DNA from: an uncultured phage cr130_1
Strand: one strand, 5' to 3'
Sequence record: NC_055901.1
Length of the DNA stretch: 40,000 nt
Made by a program: the position numbers and the translations under genes
Notes under the pieces: generated by a model
The model's input: the letters and a program-made list of their open reading frames with translations, nothing else
What the model was told of the DNA's origin: nothing
Database searches by the model: none
Part shown: in pieces, positions 28,164 to 38,116 of the stretch
Layout of the letters: every line of letters begins with the position of its first letter
Position numbering within the stretch: position 1 is the stretch's first letter

Positions 28164-28643
28164 ATGGTTAATACTGGATACAAAGCTATGTTACGGGACA
28201 GAGTTCCGTTAGTAGTAAACCTAGCGTTGTTATGGAATAATTCCAAAACAGCCTGGGTAGATCATGTTTACAAGAATTTCATATCCATTTATGCATCTAA
28301 ACTCGAAAGAGATAATGCTACGCGTATAGTATTAGGTATTAAAAAGGGAAATAAAGGATTTGATTTTCACAAAACAATAGATTGGAATAATCTATCATCT
28401 GAGTCTACTACATCTAAAACAAATGTCTATGAAACAAAAGATCATTGGATGTTTGTTGAAAGATGGGTAGACTGGTTCACAACGAATTACGCATATATAG
28501 AAAATGCGTATGTTACTTTTATTACAAGTGGTCACGATAAAAATGAAACAAAAGAAAAAATAAAGCGTGAGTACTTGGACTTTCTCGAAGACTGGGAGCA
28601 GGAAGATATGATGAATTTATTAATAGAACATTTCGACATATGA
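28164..28643 (+). CDS. Hypothetical protein
   Basis: 159-aa ORF. Confidence 0.65.
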   Translation: MVNTGYKAMLRDRVPLVVNLALLWNNSKTAWVDHVYKNFISIYASKLERDNATRIVLGIKKGNKGFDFHKTIDWNNLSSESTTSKTNVYETKDHWMFVERWVDWFTTNYAYIENAYVTFITSGHDKNETKEKIKREYLDFLEDWEQEDMMNLLIEHFDI

Positions 28644-29074
28644 TTAGTTCCCCAAATTATTTAAAACACAGACTCTTGTGCGAAGCAATTCGTACAGGAA
28701 TGAAAGTCCATATACCAGAAACATTAAGTGAAACAATAGATTTGTTATGTAACATATACAATCAAGGCGTATCAAATACATTATATGAACCAATGTTACT
28801 GGTTAGAGATGGATTTTCAAAAGAAAGTAAAGAATTATTAGAAATTATAGCAAACGATTATGTAGTACGAAATAATGCTGTTTGGATATTTACAGAAATC
28901 TTTTTAAATATAAAAGAGGATTCTGATTTAACCTCACAAATAAAAACACGCATAATATCCAGTGCAATGGATAAATTATTACCAAAACATTTGTATATAT
29001 ATTTCTGTGATTCTTTAATCGAGAGTGTTAAATGTGCAAAAAATGCATTAATACTCGAACAATTGCCTTTTTAG
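28640..29074 (+). CDS. Hypothetical protein
   Basis: 144-aa ORF, ATGA overlap. Confidence 0.65.
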   Translation: MISSPNYLKHRLLCEAIRTGMKVHIPETLSETIDLLCNIYNQGVSNTLYEPMLLVRDGFSKESKELLEIIANDYVVRNNAVWIFTEIFLNIKEDSDLTSQIKTRIISSAMDKLLPKHLYIYFCDSLIESVKCAKNALILEQLPF

Positions 29075-29177
29075 GCAACATCCGCGTCTCCTTGAGAGTA
29101 GTGTTTGATCACAGCGCGGAACTAACGAGCAACCGACTCTTACAGCAGTGACAGCTTAATAACCGGTATATAATAAT

Positions 29178-29741
29178 TTGTTGATTATGAAGAATCCTAA
29201 GATTACCCAAGAGGAGATTCGTCTAATCAAGGACGCTAAAGCAGGTAATATGTCTGCTTTTAATAAACTTTTTTATCGCTACAAAGAATTCGTAGACTAC
29301 GTGTTGTATTCGTATCTAAAAGATTTCGATGAAGCAAAAGATTTAACTAATATAGTCTTTCTAAAAGTTTATTACAAACTCTCATCGTTCACAGACTATT
29401 CTTCATTTGGAGGATGGCTACGAATCATTGCTAATCGAACTGCAATAGATTATTTACGTAAAATAAGTGACAAAAACAAATTTCTTGGAGATGATGACAA
29501 TAAAATGTCATTAGATCAAATTGAGTCGAATGAATGTGATACTGTCAATCGCATTACATACGAACAATTATTGGAGGAATTTGACAGGCTTTCTCCTATG
29601 CACAAAGAAATTTGCTTATTATTTTATAAAGATAATCTAACTGTAGAACAGATTAGTAAGAATTTGTCTATTTCAACTGGTACGATTAAGTCGATCCTTT
29701 CTCGTACACGAGCGAACATTAAAAAATCACTCAAACTTTAA
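29178..29741 (+). CDS. ECF-type sigma-70 family RNA polymerase sigma factor
   Basis: Region 2: AFNKLFYRYKEFVDYVLYSYLKDFDEAKDLTNIVFLKVYYKL...AIDYLRK; region 4: LSPMHKEICLLFYKDNLTVEQISKNLSISTGTIKSILSRTRANIKKSL. Confidence 0.9.
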   Translation: MLIMKNPKITQEEIRLIKDAKAGNMSAFNKLFYRYKEFVDYVLYSYLKDFDEAKDLTNIVFLKVYYKLSSFTDYSSFGGWLRIIANRTAIDYLRKISDKNKFLGDDDNKMSLDQIESNECDTVNRITYEQLLEEFDRLSPMHKEICLLFYKDNLTVEQISKNLSISTGTIKSILSRTRANIKKSLKL

Positions 29742-29745
29742 AAAC

Positions 29746-30171
29746 ATGTTTGTACTTTGGTTTATTATCGGAATAGTTTTGATTTGCTGTATCTCTCGAT
29801 ACAATGAGTCTAACAAATTGTTCTGGACGTTGTTTACATCCTATATAGGAGCTTTTGCTCTTACAACAGTGGTGCTATCAGCACACAATAAGCCGAGTAA
29901 GCAGAATGTTGATCAGGTGTATTCCACACAGTTGTGCGAAGATACATCAAATGCCATATGTGCATTATTAACAGATGTATTTAGCACCACCAACGGAACA
30001 GAGAAATCTGAACCAGTCGCTGTGAGTAAGAGTACACCTGAACCAATCAACATTCGAACTATCTCGGAGGATTGTATGTTAGGAATTGTTAAACCGTTCA
30101 ACCCACAATTATGTATACCTATTTCGACACATCTTGATCAAAACGATCTATTTTTGGGAGTATTAACGTGA
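29746..30171 (+). CDS. Membrane protein with two N-terminal TM segments
   Basis: FVLWFIIGIVLICCIS; LFWTLFTSYIGAFALTTVVL. Confidence 0.6.
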   Translation: MFVLWFIIGIVLICCISRYNESNKLFWTLFTSYIGAFALTTVVLSAHNKPSKQNVDQVYSTQLCEDTSNAICALLTDVFSTTNGTEKSEPVAVSKSTPEPINIRTISEDCMLGIVKPFNPQLCIPISTHLDQNDLFLGVLT

Positions 30172-30251
30172 CGACATAAAGTGTCACAAGTAATTAATCT
30201 ATTAAATTTTTCATTTTTCAACAAATTTAATTTTAAAAAGACATTATCAAA

Positions 30252-31619
30252 ATGGCAAACAATAAGAAAACAAAGACAGCTGCTCCTGCAGCTAAGAATC
30301 CTACTGAGGCAGTATCTGCTTCAGTAGAAGTAATTGACGTTAACAAACTCAATCAGCAGCTTAACAGTAAGTCAGACACTGGTCTTGACGCAAACCACCA
30401 GGTGGACCTTCTGAACGGTCTTAAGACGTTCTTCCACGACGATCCGAATGCAAAAACACGCTTCGGTGAGGCTGTTGTGGAGAAGATCGATGGTATTACT
30501 GCCATCGGCTTCGTAACAGTTCTCGTGAATGAGATCGTCTCTGCAAAGACACCTTTCGCAGTTAAGATGAGCTCTGCTCAGCTTGGTGCAATCACAGAGG
30601 TAGCTCCTATGCTCGGTATTCAGATCGATTCAAAACTTCTTCCAGCACCTAGTGCGGACGGTACCGTACAGATTCCAAGCAACGCTGTGGTAGTTTCTAA
30701 GGAAACTAAAGAAAAGGTGAAGAAGGAGAAGGCTGTTGTAGAAGAAAAGCCTACAACTGATCCATCGAAGATTACCAACGACGAACAGCTTAAGAAGTCG
30801 CTCGTGTTCATCCTTGGAGACACATCTGCGTCTACACGCCCATACGATCGTATGGTCCGTGCAACTGAGTTCTTTCGCTCGGTACGATCACTTGAAGCAT
30901 CTAAGCTTGCTGACGCCGATGAGAGCAAGACCAAACTTGCGGAGATTAAGGCAGAATCTGTTTCTGATATCCTGGAAGACATGCGTTTACTTATCGGAGA
31001 ATGTCCGTTCTCTACAGTAGGTCTCGCACACTATGTGTTTAACCAGGCTGTTGAAACTAAGAACCCAGTATCTCCGTTCATTATCCTCTATCGTTCTTCT
31101 CGAAACAAGACAACAAACGCAGGTCTTGAGGATTCTACTGTAGCAGCAATCGTTAAGGTGCTCGTTAACTGGAATGTTGATGAACGTCTCAAGGAGTATG
31201 AAACAGCATACAAGCGTAAGGAGAAAACAGTAAAGAATAGCAGCGAGAGTGTTCGTAAGAACATGCTTGAGCCGATACAGAAGAACATAGACTATTGCAA
31301 GTCTATCAAGGAATGTATCAGCCATCCTAACTTCGACGCTGTTGAAAGCCTCATCGACGACTTCAAGGGAGAAGACGTTAAGAAGAAGAACAAGGCAACA
31401 TTCATTGTACGCAACATTATCGATCTCTGGATGCCCGACGTTAAGTTCGATGAACTCGAATCTAATGAGAAGAAGGACGAAATCCTTGAGAACGTCAAGA
31501 AGCGTGCAGGTGTTATCGTGAACGCATTCCTCGATCCTCTGGAGCAGAACATTGCTTACAAGGAGTTCTCAACTGCAACTAGTGCAGAAAAGAAAGAGGG
31601 AGAGCAGTCAAAAAACTAA
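30252..31619 (+). CDS. Large hypothetical protein (455 aa), Ala/Lys-rich N-terminus, codon-adapted
   Basis: Long ORF, CATTATCAAAATG start context. Confidence 0.75.
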   Translation: MANNKKTKTAAPAAKNPTEAVSASVEVIDVNKLNQQLNSKSDTGLDANHQVDLLNGLKTFFHDDPNAKTRFGEAVVEKIDGITAIGFVTVLVNEIVSAKTPFAVKMSSAQLGAITEVAPMLGIQIDSKLLPAPSADGTVQIPSNAVVVSKETKEKVKKEKAVVEEKPTTDPSKITNDEQLKKSLVFILGDTSASTRPYDRMVRATEFFRSVRSLEASKLADADESKTKLAEIKAESVSDILEDMRLLIGECPFSTVGLAHYVFNQAVETKNPVSPFIILYRSSRNKTTNAGLEDSTVAAIVKVLVNWNVDERLKEYETAYKRKEKTVKNSSESVRKNMLEPIQKNIDYCKSIKECISHPNFDAVESLIDDFKGEDVKKKNKATFIVRNIIDLWMPDVKFDELESNEKKDEILENVKKRAGVIVNAFLDPLEQNIAYKEFSTATSAEKKEGEQSKN

Positions 31620-31714
31620 TTTCGGCGATCGGAAACACTGTTGCAAATCTTGATCGCCGTATTAAGGCAGCTGTACACGCATTTAAACACGCAATCGATT
31701 AAACTATCAAAGTT

Positions 31715-32134
31715 ATGAGAAAGTTGACAACAATTTTGTGTAGCATTGCTTTTGCAATATCCGGAATTTGCTTAGCTGATGCTGTTACAAAATCAGATTC
31801 TATTCATGGAACTCAAATGATGGCTACAACAATGCCAACAGTTGACATGAATAAGATGCAGTTTCCTGTTGATTTACAGCTCAACAAACGTGCACAAGAG
31901 AATAAAGTAGACACTGTACACGATACAGTGTATGTTTCACAAATAAAATCTATTAAGGTAAACGTACCTTGTAGAGTAAAGACGAAGACAGTCCACGTCC
32001 CAGTTCTTTATATAGCAACACGTACGGATGTAAAGGAAGACACCGTTGATCATAAACCTACTTATATGTACAAAGTACATAAGGTAGGTGAATATGATCT
32101 GAAAAAGTTAAATTCCTCTACGGATGTTAATTAG
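31715..32134 (+). CDS. Secreted/exported hypothetical protein
   Basis: N-terminal signal-like MRKLTTILCSIAFAISGICLADA. Confidence 0.6.
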   Translation: MRKLTTILCSIAFAISGICLADAVTKSDSIHGTQMMATTMPTVDMNKMQFPVDLQLNKRAQENKVDTVHDTVYVSQIKSIKVNVPCRVKTKTVHVPVLYIATRTDVKEDTVDHKPTYMYKVHKVGEYDLKKLNSSTDVN

Positions 32135-32139
32135 CATTA

Positions 32140-34150
32140 TATATTCTATCTACAGCTTTGCGCTGTAGGTAGATATATATCGTAGGTAAGTACATATAGT
32201 AGGTCGCATTAACCTATGTACGAAAAAAATAAACTTGGTTCGAGAATATGTTAGCCTTCTCAAAAGGTGAGACACCCAAAAGGTAGAACGAAATACATAT
32301 GTTGTGAAAATTCATATGTAAGAGGACAGAGCGTCATTGTCAAGTCCTAATGTCCATGAGAACCGTCTGGTGATGGACCTCTTAAATACGCGTAAGTCTC
32401 AAGAAGAGCAAAATGATAATCGTATCGTAATTACATTCAATGATACTAAGAATGTACAAACGTAACACGAGTTGAAACATACTTACGAAAAACTTACACT
32501 GTGGGAGAATGTATACATGGTATGGTACAGTCTGCAATGATATCGGTGTACGACTAGAAGTAGATCCAAAATAAGTATGAAGTATCAAATCTGTAAGCTG
32601 TAGTATAGTGTTCCTGGACGCCAAATCCAGTATGAAGGTATGAAAAAATGTATGGAGTATAGCAATATTGTGAGGATAATACTCACAAAGTATATCGTAA
32701 ATATGCTGTCTATGTAAGTCCTTGCTGTTAGATTCAGCACATCTCCGTTGAAGGGGAGCCAGTGATGGGGTAAAACGACTGAATATACAATGAAGTACGA
32801 CCGACAGGCTTTTGTAGTTTATCGGAATATAAAAGAGAAACTACCAGGAGGGTGGGGCAGACCCTTAGTTGATGAAAATCATGCGCGATACGAGACCGCG
32901 AACAAAGTCTGATATGATATAGGTGCAATTTGGTAAGCGAAATTGTGTTTATAGTCTACAAGGGTAAATGCCTTGTAAGAATTTAGGTGACAACTTGACA
33001 GTCAAAAAAACAACAAACAATTACGAAGATGAAATAATGGTTATACATTCCAGTATATCTTGCAAAGTAATCTTTCGTTTCAATACAAAATATAATATGA
33101 GATTTTTATCTATATACATATATTATAGTCCCTGTGGGATAGAATCCGTTAAACTATAACTGCGTATATAAATAAATTTATATATCTTATATGAAAATAT
33201 GTAGCGATAAATAAGAAGTAAACAAATTATTAACAAAAATTGAATGTCCCCAGATAGTGAAAAAACCTACATTGTAAGTAGGAAAGTAATGAGGTCTGAA
33301 ATTCGAGTGCCAACCGTTATGATAACCAGAGTAAAATACAAACAGCAAATTTGTATGTAAATCGAAAGGTAGATCTAATACATAGAAGTAATGGGCAGCT
33401 TTAAGGAGTCATGAAACGCAGTGCAGAAGCGTATGCAGGTGATGTATCGGAAACATCTTTTACTATCTACTGTCTATAGATGTGTAAAAAACTCTTAAAG
33501 TGGGTGACAAGCGAAAATGTATGAGTTAAAATCTCAATATTCGTGCACTATAAATAAATGAGGCAGGCACTTGCCAACAGTAAAAAACAAGCCGTAGGGT
33601 CTCTAAATATCCTCTGGAAGATATAAGACCGTTCGATAATGAAACGCACTCCTCGCGTAAAAAACTACACACGCACGTAGTAAGTATAGGAAACCGTCGA
33701 CAGGACATCCTTAGACGTTAAAACAAGGATGCGCGGCAACAGCTAAGTTGCAAAAATGGAATTTTTTTGAAAGTTTATAGGGGAACTAACAAAGATATTT
33801 CACGATTTTCGTGGGTAAGATACATATTGTGCATTAGTCTTTTTAAGAAATTTTGCCGATTGTCTAACAATCAGTATCAAAGAATATACGGATTAACTTT
33901 CGTATTATGTTTTTATAAAAATAAACATTATAAAATAGATATGAGATTGAATTCTTCGATGTAGCATTCTAAGCTTTACACACTGTATATGAAATGGCTA
34001 AGATAATCCTACCGTTGGATTCCTGTTATATAGACTGAGCTTCATTTTAAGGAATATAAATATATAACTAAATATACAAAAAGCGTGCTTAACATTTGAA
34101 CAGCAACTACACACATTATCTATATAAAAGCACCTAAGTGACTCTCCGAA
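32140..34150 (+). ncRNA. Two-kilobase ORF-poor region with many hairpins, candidate large ncRNA(s)
   Basis: No convincing CDS; hairpins 32814-32844 GTAGTTT/AAACTAC, 32849-32865 AGGGT/ACCCT, 32958-32976 ACAAGG/CCTTGT. Confidence 0.35.
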
Positions 34151-34237
34151 GCAGTGCAATTTTCTTTTTCTTTTAATTCACATTTATTAACAATATATCG
34201 TTGGTTTAATCAAAAACGATATCAAAAAGGATATATT

Positions 34238-34846
34238 ATGAACATTAACATTCAGACAACAGTAGCGAACAATCGCACACCACTTAGTATGATAGGTAGT
34301 AACCTTGGTAAGCAGTTCTTTCAGATTGAGGTCCGTGACTGCTGGCCCAACTTCGAGGCAGAAAAGAATGCTATCCAGATGGAGAATAACCAAAAATTAA
34401 TCCTCAACCGCTCGCCGCGACGCTATTGTATCAAGGCTAAGGATATTACTAGCGTAGCAATCGGCACAGATGTTACTGGCGATCCAGTAGTATTTATTAA
34501 CCCAAACAATGACGGTTCAGCAGACGTTACTTTGCCAGTAACAAACGATATGGTTTCTTACGGCGTAGTAACTGCTGAAGCAGTAAAGGAGGCGCTGAAA
34601 GGTGGTCCTTCTACAAAGGCTTTTGTTGATCCAAAGAAGCTTGAGAGTTATCTCAATGAGGTTAACAACAAGGAGCTTTCATATATTCGTGCTCTTAAAG
34701 AAGCACTTAACCGTATGGAGCAATCGATCATTTCTACAATTAATGACAATACCAAGAAGGCTAACGACTATATGGACCAGATCAACAAGCCGGCTAATCC
34801 TTCTGGTAATACTCCGGCAGGAGTACAAATTAACGTTCATGAGTAA
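34238..34846 (+). CDS. Hypothetical protein, codon-adapted
   Basis: Starts MNINIQTTVANNRTPLSMIGSNLG; internal start preferred over 34154. Confidence 0.65.
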   Translation: MNINIQTTVANNRTPLSMIGSNLGKQFFQIEVRDCWPNFEAEKNAIQMENNQKLILNRSPRRYCIKAKDITSVAIGTDVTGDPVVFINPNNDGSADVTLPVTNDMVSYGVVTAEAVKEALKGGPSTKAFVDPKKLESYLNEVNNKELSYIRALKEALNRMEQSIISTINDNTKKANDYMDQINKPANPSGNTPAGVQINVHE

Positions 34847-35424
34847 TGGCTAAGCGAATCTTGTCAAAATCATCAGTATCACTTATAAAATATCTTCTTT
34901 GTGATACACGTATATCTGACAAGGTTTTTGATAATTCAAAAGATAAATCCAAGTATAAATCTATCTCCATTCATGAGGACGGTACGATTATACTTGGAAA
35001 AACACCTTATCTTTTCTGGAATCAGTTTTTAGCCTGTCAGACAAAGATACCATTCAATGATTTTGCATTGAAGGTATGGGATGCACTTGTCAATCTTTCA
35101 GTTGGCAATAATAGCATCGCACTCGAAAAAGGACTTAGTACTGAGATTGCTAAGCTTTCACAACGTGATGGTGATTACGATGCAGTCGTAAAACGACTGA
35201 TTACCTGCTACGAACACGTATGTAATAACAAAGGTGATGTGCCCTCTGCGGGGGGCTCGGTGAAGTCAGAACTGGAGCATGCCTGTGTTAATCGCGTGGA
35301 AGTACCAGAGAAAATCGTAATTAACGTTAACGGAATGGAACGTAAGGTAATCCCTTTTAAAGATAGTGCAGGTGATAAATTTATAGATATAGAATATGGA
35401 GTATCAGGAGTTACTATTCATTAA
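34846..35424 (+). CDS. Hypothetical protein
   Basis: 192-aa ORF overlapping the previous stop. Confidence 0.65.
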   Translation: MAKRILSKSSVSLIKYLLCDTRISDKVFDNSKDKSKYKSISIHEDGTIILGKTPYLFWNQFLACQTKIPFNDFALKVWDALVNLSVGNNSIALEKGLSTEIAKLSQRDGDYDAVVKRLITCYEHVCNNKGDVPSAGGSVKSELEHACVNRVEVPEKIVINVNGMERKVIPFKDSAGDKFIDIEYGVSGVTIH

Positions 35425-35554
35425 TACTAAACAATAACTCTTAGGGGTTTTAGTAATATATTATCACAGATATTTGTATTACGTCGTTGATATATTGATG
35501 ATATGTAATAAATAATATAAAGTTTCTATATTTTAATTTGTCAACAGCATATAT

Positions 35555-35638
35555 TTAATCACATTATCTGAAAAAAAGTTTAGAAATAAACTTCGAAATC
35601 ATATCTGCGGATTTTGGTTTCTAAGATAATGTGATTAA
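35555..35638 (+). ncRNA. Structured RNA element: 15-bp closing helix with inner hairpins
   Basis: TTAATCACATTATCT/AGATAATGTGATTAA enclosing AAGTTTA-GAAA-TAAACTT and AAATC/GATTT. Confidence 0.6.
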
Positions 35639-35724
35639 GCTTATTATTGAGTTGTAACAATAATGAGTACAAGGTAGATGATCTCGAATTCAATTTAACT
35701 GAAGTTTAATTTAAATCAAATAAT

Positions 35725-36270
35725 ATGAATAAGACATCAATAAAATTGAATTCAAGTAACATTATTAATATTCGTAAGAATCTTTGCGATAAGATCACGA
35801 AGTATTGGCGTACAATTCGTAACGAAAATGTAATGTCAACAAAGGCTGTTAAGGCGGGCCTTGGTTCAGGTTATGACCTGAAGTCGCTTTATAATGAGAT
35901 CACACAGATGGCAGAGAAACGAATCCTTATTAAGGGCATGCTCATGTATCTGAATATGGGTCTCACATTCAACCTGGATGAGTTTAAGAAGAGTAATAAC
36001 TATAGCATTTTTGCAGCATGTGAGGCAAAGGAGGCTATAGCGCAGCTTAAGATGGTTCCAACTATCAATCCTACTGAGAAGTCAAAGAAGGGTCTCAAGG
36101 GTACTGGTAAGAAGGAGTCATTTTCTTCAGCAAAGATTGCTCAGCTCATTAAGGATCTTCAGCTTAAGGCTAACAAGTATGATGCAGCAATGGAAGAGTT
36201 TAACACTAAGACAACAATTGATCTGAATGACGATATGTCAACGATGTTTAAGTCAGATCTTGCAGCATAA
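35725..36270 (+). CDS. Hypothetical protein
   Basis: 181-aa ORF. Confidence 0.65.
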   Translation: MNKTSIKLNSSNIINIRKNLCDKITKYWRTIRNENVMSTKAVKAGLGSGYDLKSLYNEITQMAEKRILIKGMLMYLNMGLTFNLDEFKKSNNYSIFAACEAKEAIAQLKMVPTINPTEKSKKGLKGTGKKESFSSAKIAQLIKDLQLKANKYDAAMEEFNTKTTIDLNDDMSTMFKSDLAA

Positions 36271-36279
36271 ATAAAAATA

Positions 36280-36334
36280 AGTGTGTTGTAAAGGGCAGCA
36301 TATTATATATGAACGGTTCGATGCCGTACACACT
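36280..36334 (+). ncRNA. Minimal tRNA-like element (acceptor stem plus T-arm only)
   Basis: AGTGTGT-26 nt-ACGG TTCGATG CCGT-ACACACT. Confidence 0.5.
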
Positions 36335-36380
36335 ACTATCCCTTCTTATAACATATAAAACTAATAAAATCATAATCAAT

Positions 36381-37208
36381 ATGAAAAAGAATAATAAAAA
36401 CAACATAGCTCACAAGAGCACAACATTATCTGTAAAAAAGACAAAACCTGTAGATAACAAAAAGCACGAAGAGGAAAAGAAGATTCGTGCAGAGAACCTG
36501 AAAAAGGAAAAGGCTGAACGAAAGTCTAAAAACAACAAAATTGTTGTAACAAACGAGGCAAAACCTATGAAAAAGATTCTCAAATCTATGGGTGGTGTAA
36601 AGATTGAAAAACTCTCTGAGGAGGACAAGAAAAAGCTTGAAGCTTCTCGTAAGAAGATTCGTAAAGAACGTGAAACGTTATATGAGAATCGTCGTATAGC
36701 AGCGCTTAAACGTCGTTTTAAGAACGGTGAAAAGACACCAGAAGAACTTAAGAAGTCTATAGAAGAGCTTAAGGCTGAAATAAAAAGCCAAAAGCGATAT
36801 GATATCTTGTTTATATTTAATCCTTCTCTGAAGGCGATGGTAAAAGAAGCGTTAACTAACACTGAGATTAAAGTTACTTTGTTAGCCGATGATTACGGCT
36901 GGATAAAGAATACAGATTCTCAAATTCTAAGTAAGTTACGAGAAATACTTCCACCGAAGACATCAATCAATCCTTACAAAGCGTCGATAAAGGTCGAAAA
37001 ACCTAAGACAGAAGAAAAGAAGCCGTCAAATAATAACAAAGATGTTGCTGCAGCAGCCAAGAAGACAAAAAAAGCTGAAAAAATACATAAATTTGAAAAC
37101 AGAAAACCAAGACCACGCTTTAAGAAGCCGTGGTATATAGCAAAAATGACATTAAAAGACAAGATGTCATGTAACAAGAATGTTGAATCTATTAAAACAG
37201 CAGCATAA
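36381..37208 (+). CDS. Lys-rich basic hypothetical protein
   Basis: MKKNNKNNIAHKSTTLSVKKTKPVDNKK...; internal start preferred over 36309. Confidence 0.65.
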   Translation: MKKNNKNNIAHKSTTLSVKKTKPVDNKKHEEEKKIRAENLKKEKAERKSKNNKIVVTNEAKPMKKILKSMGGVKIEKLSEEDKKKLEASRKKIRKERETLYENRRIAALKRRFKNGEKTPEELKKSIEELKAEIKSQKRYDILFIFNPSLKAMVKEALTNTEIKVTLLADDYGWIKNTDSQILSKLREILPPKTSINPYKASIKVEKPKTEEKKPSNNNKDVAAAAKKTKKAEKIHKFENRKPRPRFKKPWYIAKMTLKDKMSCNKNVESIKTAA

Positions 37209-37210
37209 CT

Positions 37211-37990
37211 ATGAAAAAGACAGCAAATAAACAATTGATTGGTATGCAAAGAGCGTACAGTCGAAAATATAGCGAGAGAAACAACACCATACCACCTTTG
37301 ATGAAAGGTAAAATGGTTAAAGATGAACTTACCGGTAAAATGGTAAATAATCTTATCCGTGAAAATGGAAATGGACCAAAATGGTCTAAACCAGAGCATA
37401 CAACGTATCCAAACATAACAACTCGTCCATATATATACAGAAGTGAGGATTCAAAAGTTGCAAAATTGATCCGATCAGAAGCAGGAAAATTCCAGCTTAA
37501 AACAGTGTTTAAACCACTTGTTAAGACTTCTGCTGAGTATATGGAAGCATATGCACAACACAAGTTGAAACGCTGGTTGAAGAAACATCCATGTCCAATT
37601 AATCTTGATAGCACTGGTAACGGTGTACAACAGGATTTGTTCGAAAAAGAATTCCTAAAACCTTGGGAAGAAGCTCGCGATAAGGAAACCGAACGTTGCA
37701 GAAATTTCGTTATTTCAGTATACGACAAATTATCGTTAATTGGACGATATAAAAAATCATCCGATAAATACGAAGAAATGAAGATTGCTGAGTTAAAAGA
37801 CAGCAATTTTGACATATTTAATCACAGTAGCATTAATAATATACCAAAAAATGCTACTTTGATGAAAACAGCTCAACGTATTACTAATACAGAAAAGAAA
37901 AAGAATTCTATGTTAGTTTCTACTAATCTTTTGGACCATACACGAAAGAAAGGTAGAATAATATTACCTGAGCTTTCAATGGCAGCATAA
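37211..37990 (+). CDS. Basic hypothetical protein
   Basis: 259-aa ORF. Confidence 0.65.
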   Translation: MKKTANKQLIGMQRAYSRKYSERNNTIPPLMKGKMVKDELTGKMVNNLIRENGNGPKWSKPEHTTYPNITTRPYIYRSEDSKVAKLIRSEAGKFQLKTVFKPLVKTSAEYMEAYAQHKLKRWLKKHPCPINLDSTGNGVQQDLFEKEFLKPWEEARDKETERCRNFVISVYDKLSLIGRYKKSSDKYEEMKIAELKDSNFDIFNHSSINNIPKNATLMKTAQRITNTEKKKNSMLVSTNLLDHTRKKGRIILPELSMAA

Positions 37991-38001
37991 TTAATATGCC
38001 A

Positions 38002-38090
38002 GATAGAGATGTATATGTGCGCATATACTTGGGGTAAAATTACATCGTAACGGATAAAGTTTTGCTGTGAGTTCGACTCTCACCTCTATC
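38002..38090 (+). tRNA. tRNA-like element with perfect acceptor and T-arm, abnormal D/anticodon region
   Basis: GATAGAG/CTCTATC (7 bp) directly stacked on GTGAG TTCGACT CTCAC; D region replaced by GTATATG TGCG CATATAC. Confidence 0.6.
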
Positions 38091-38116
38091 ACATTATTAA
38101 CTAGAACCTTTGAGTC

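Noticed and set aside
30620-31552. Opposite-strand ORFs (30620-30982, 30987-31325, 31292-31552, 36410-36862, 36974-37815)
   Set aside because: They lie antisense to long, well-supported plus-strand genes and read as shadow ORFs with no protein-like motifs.
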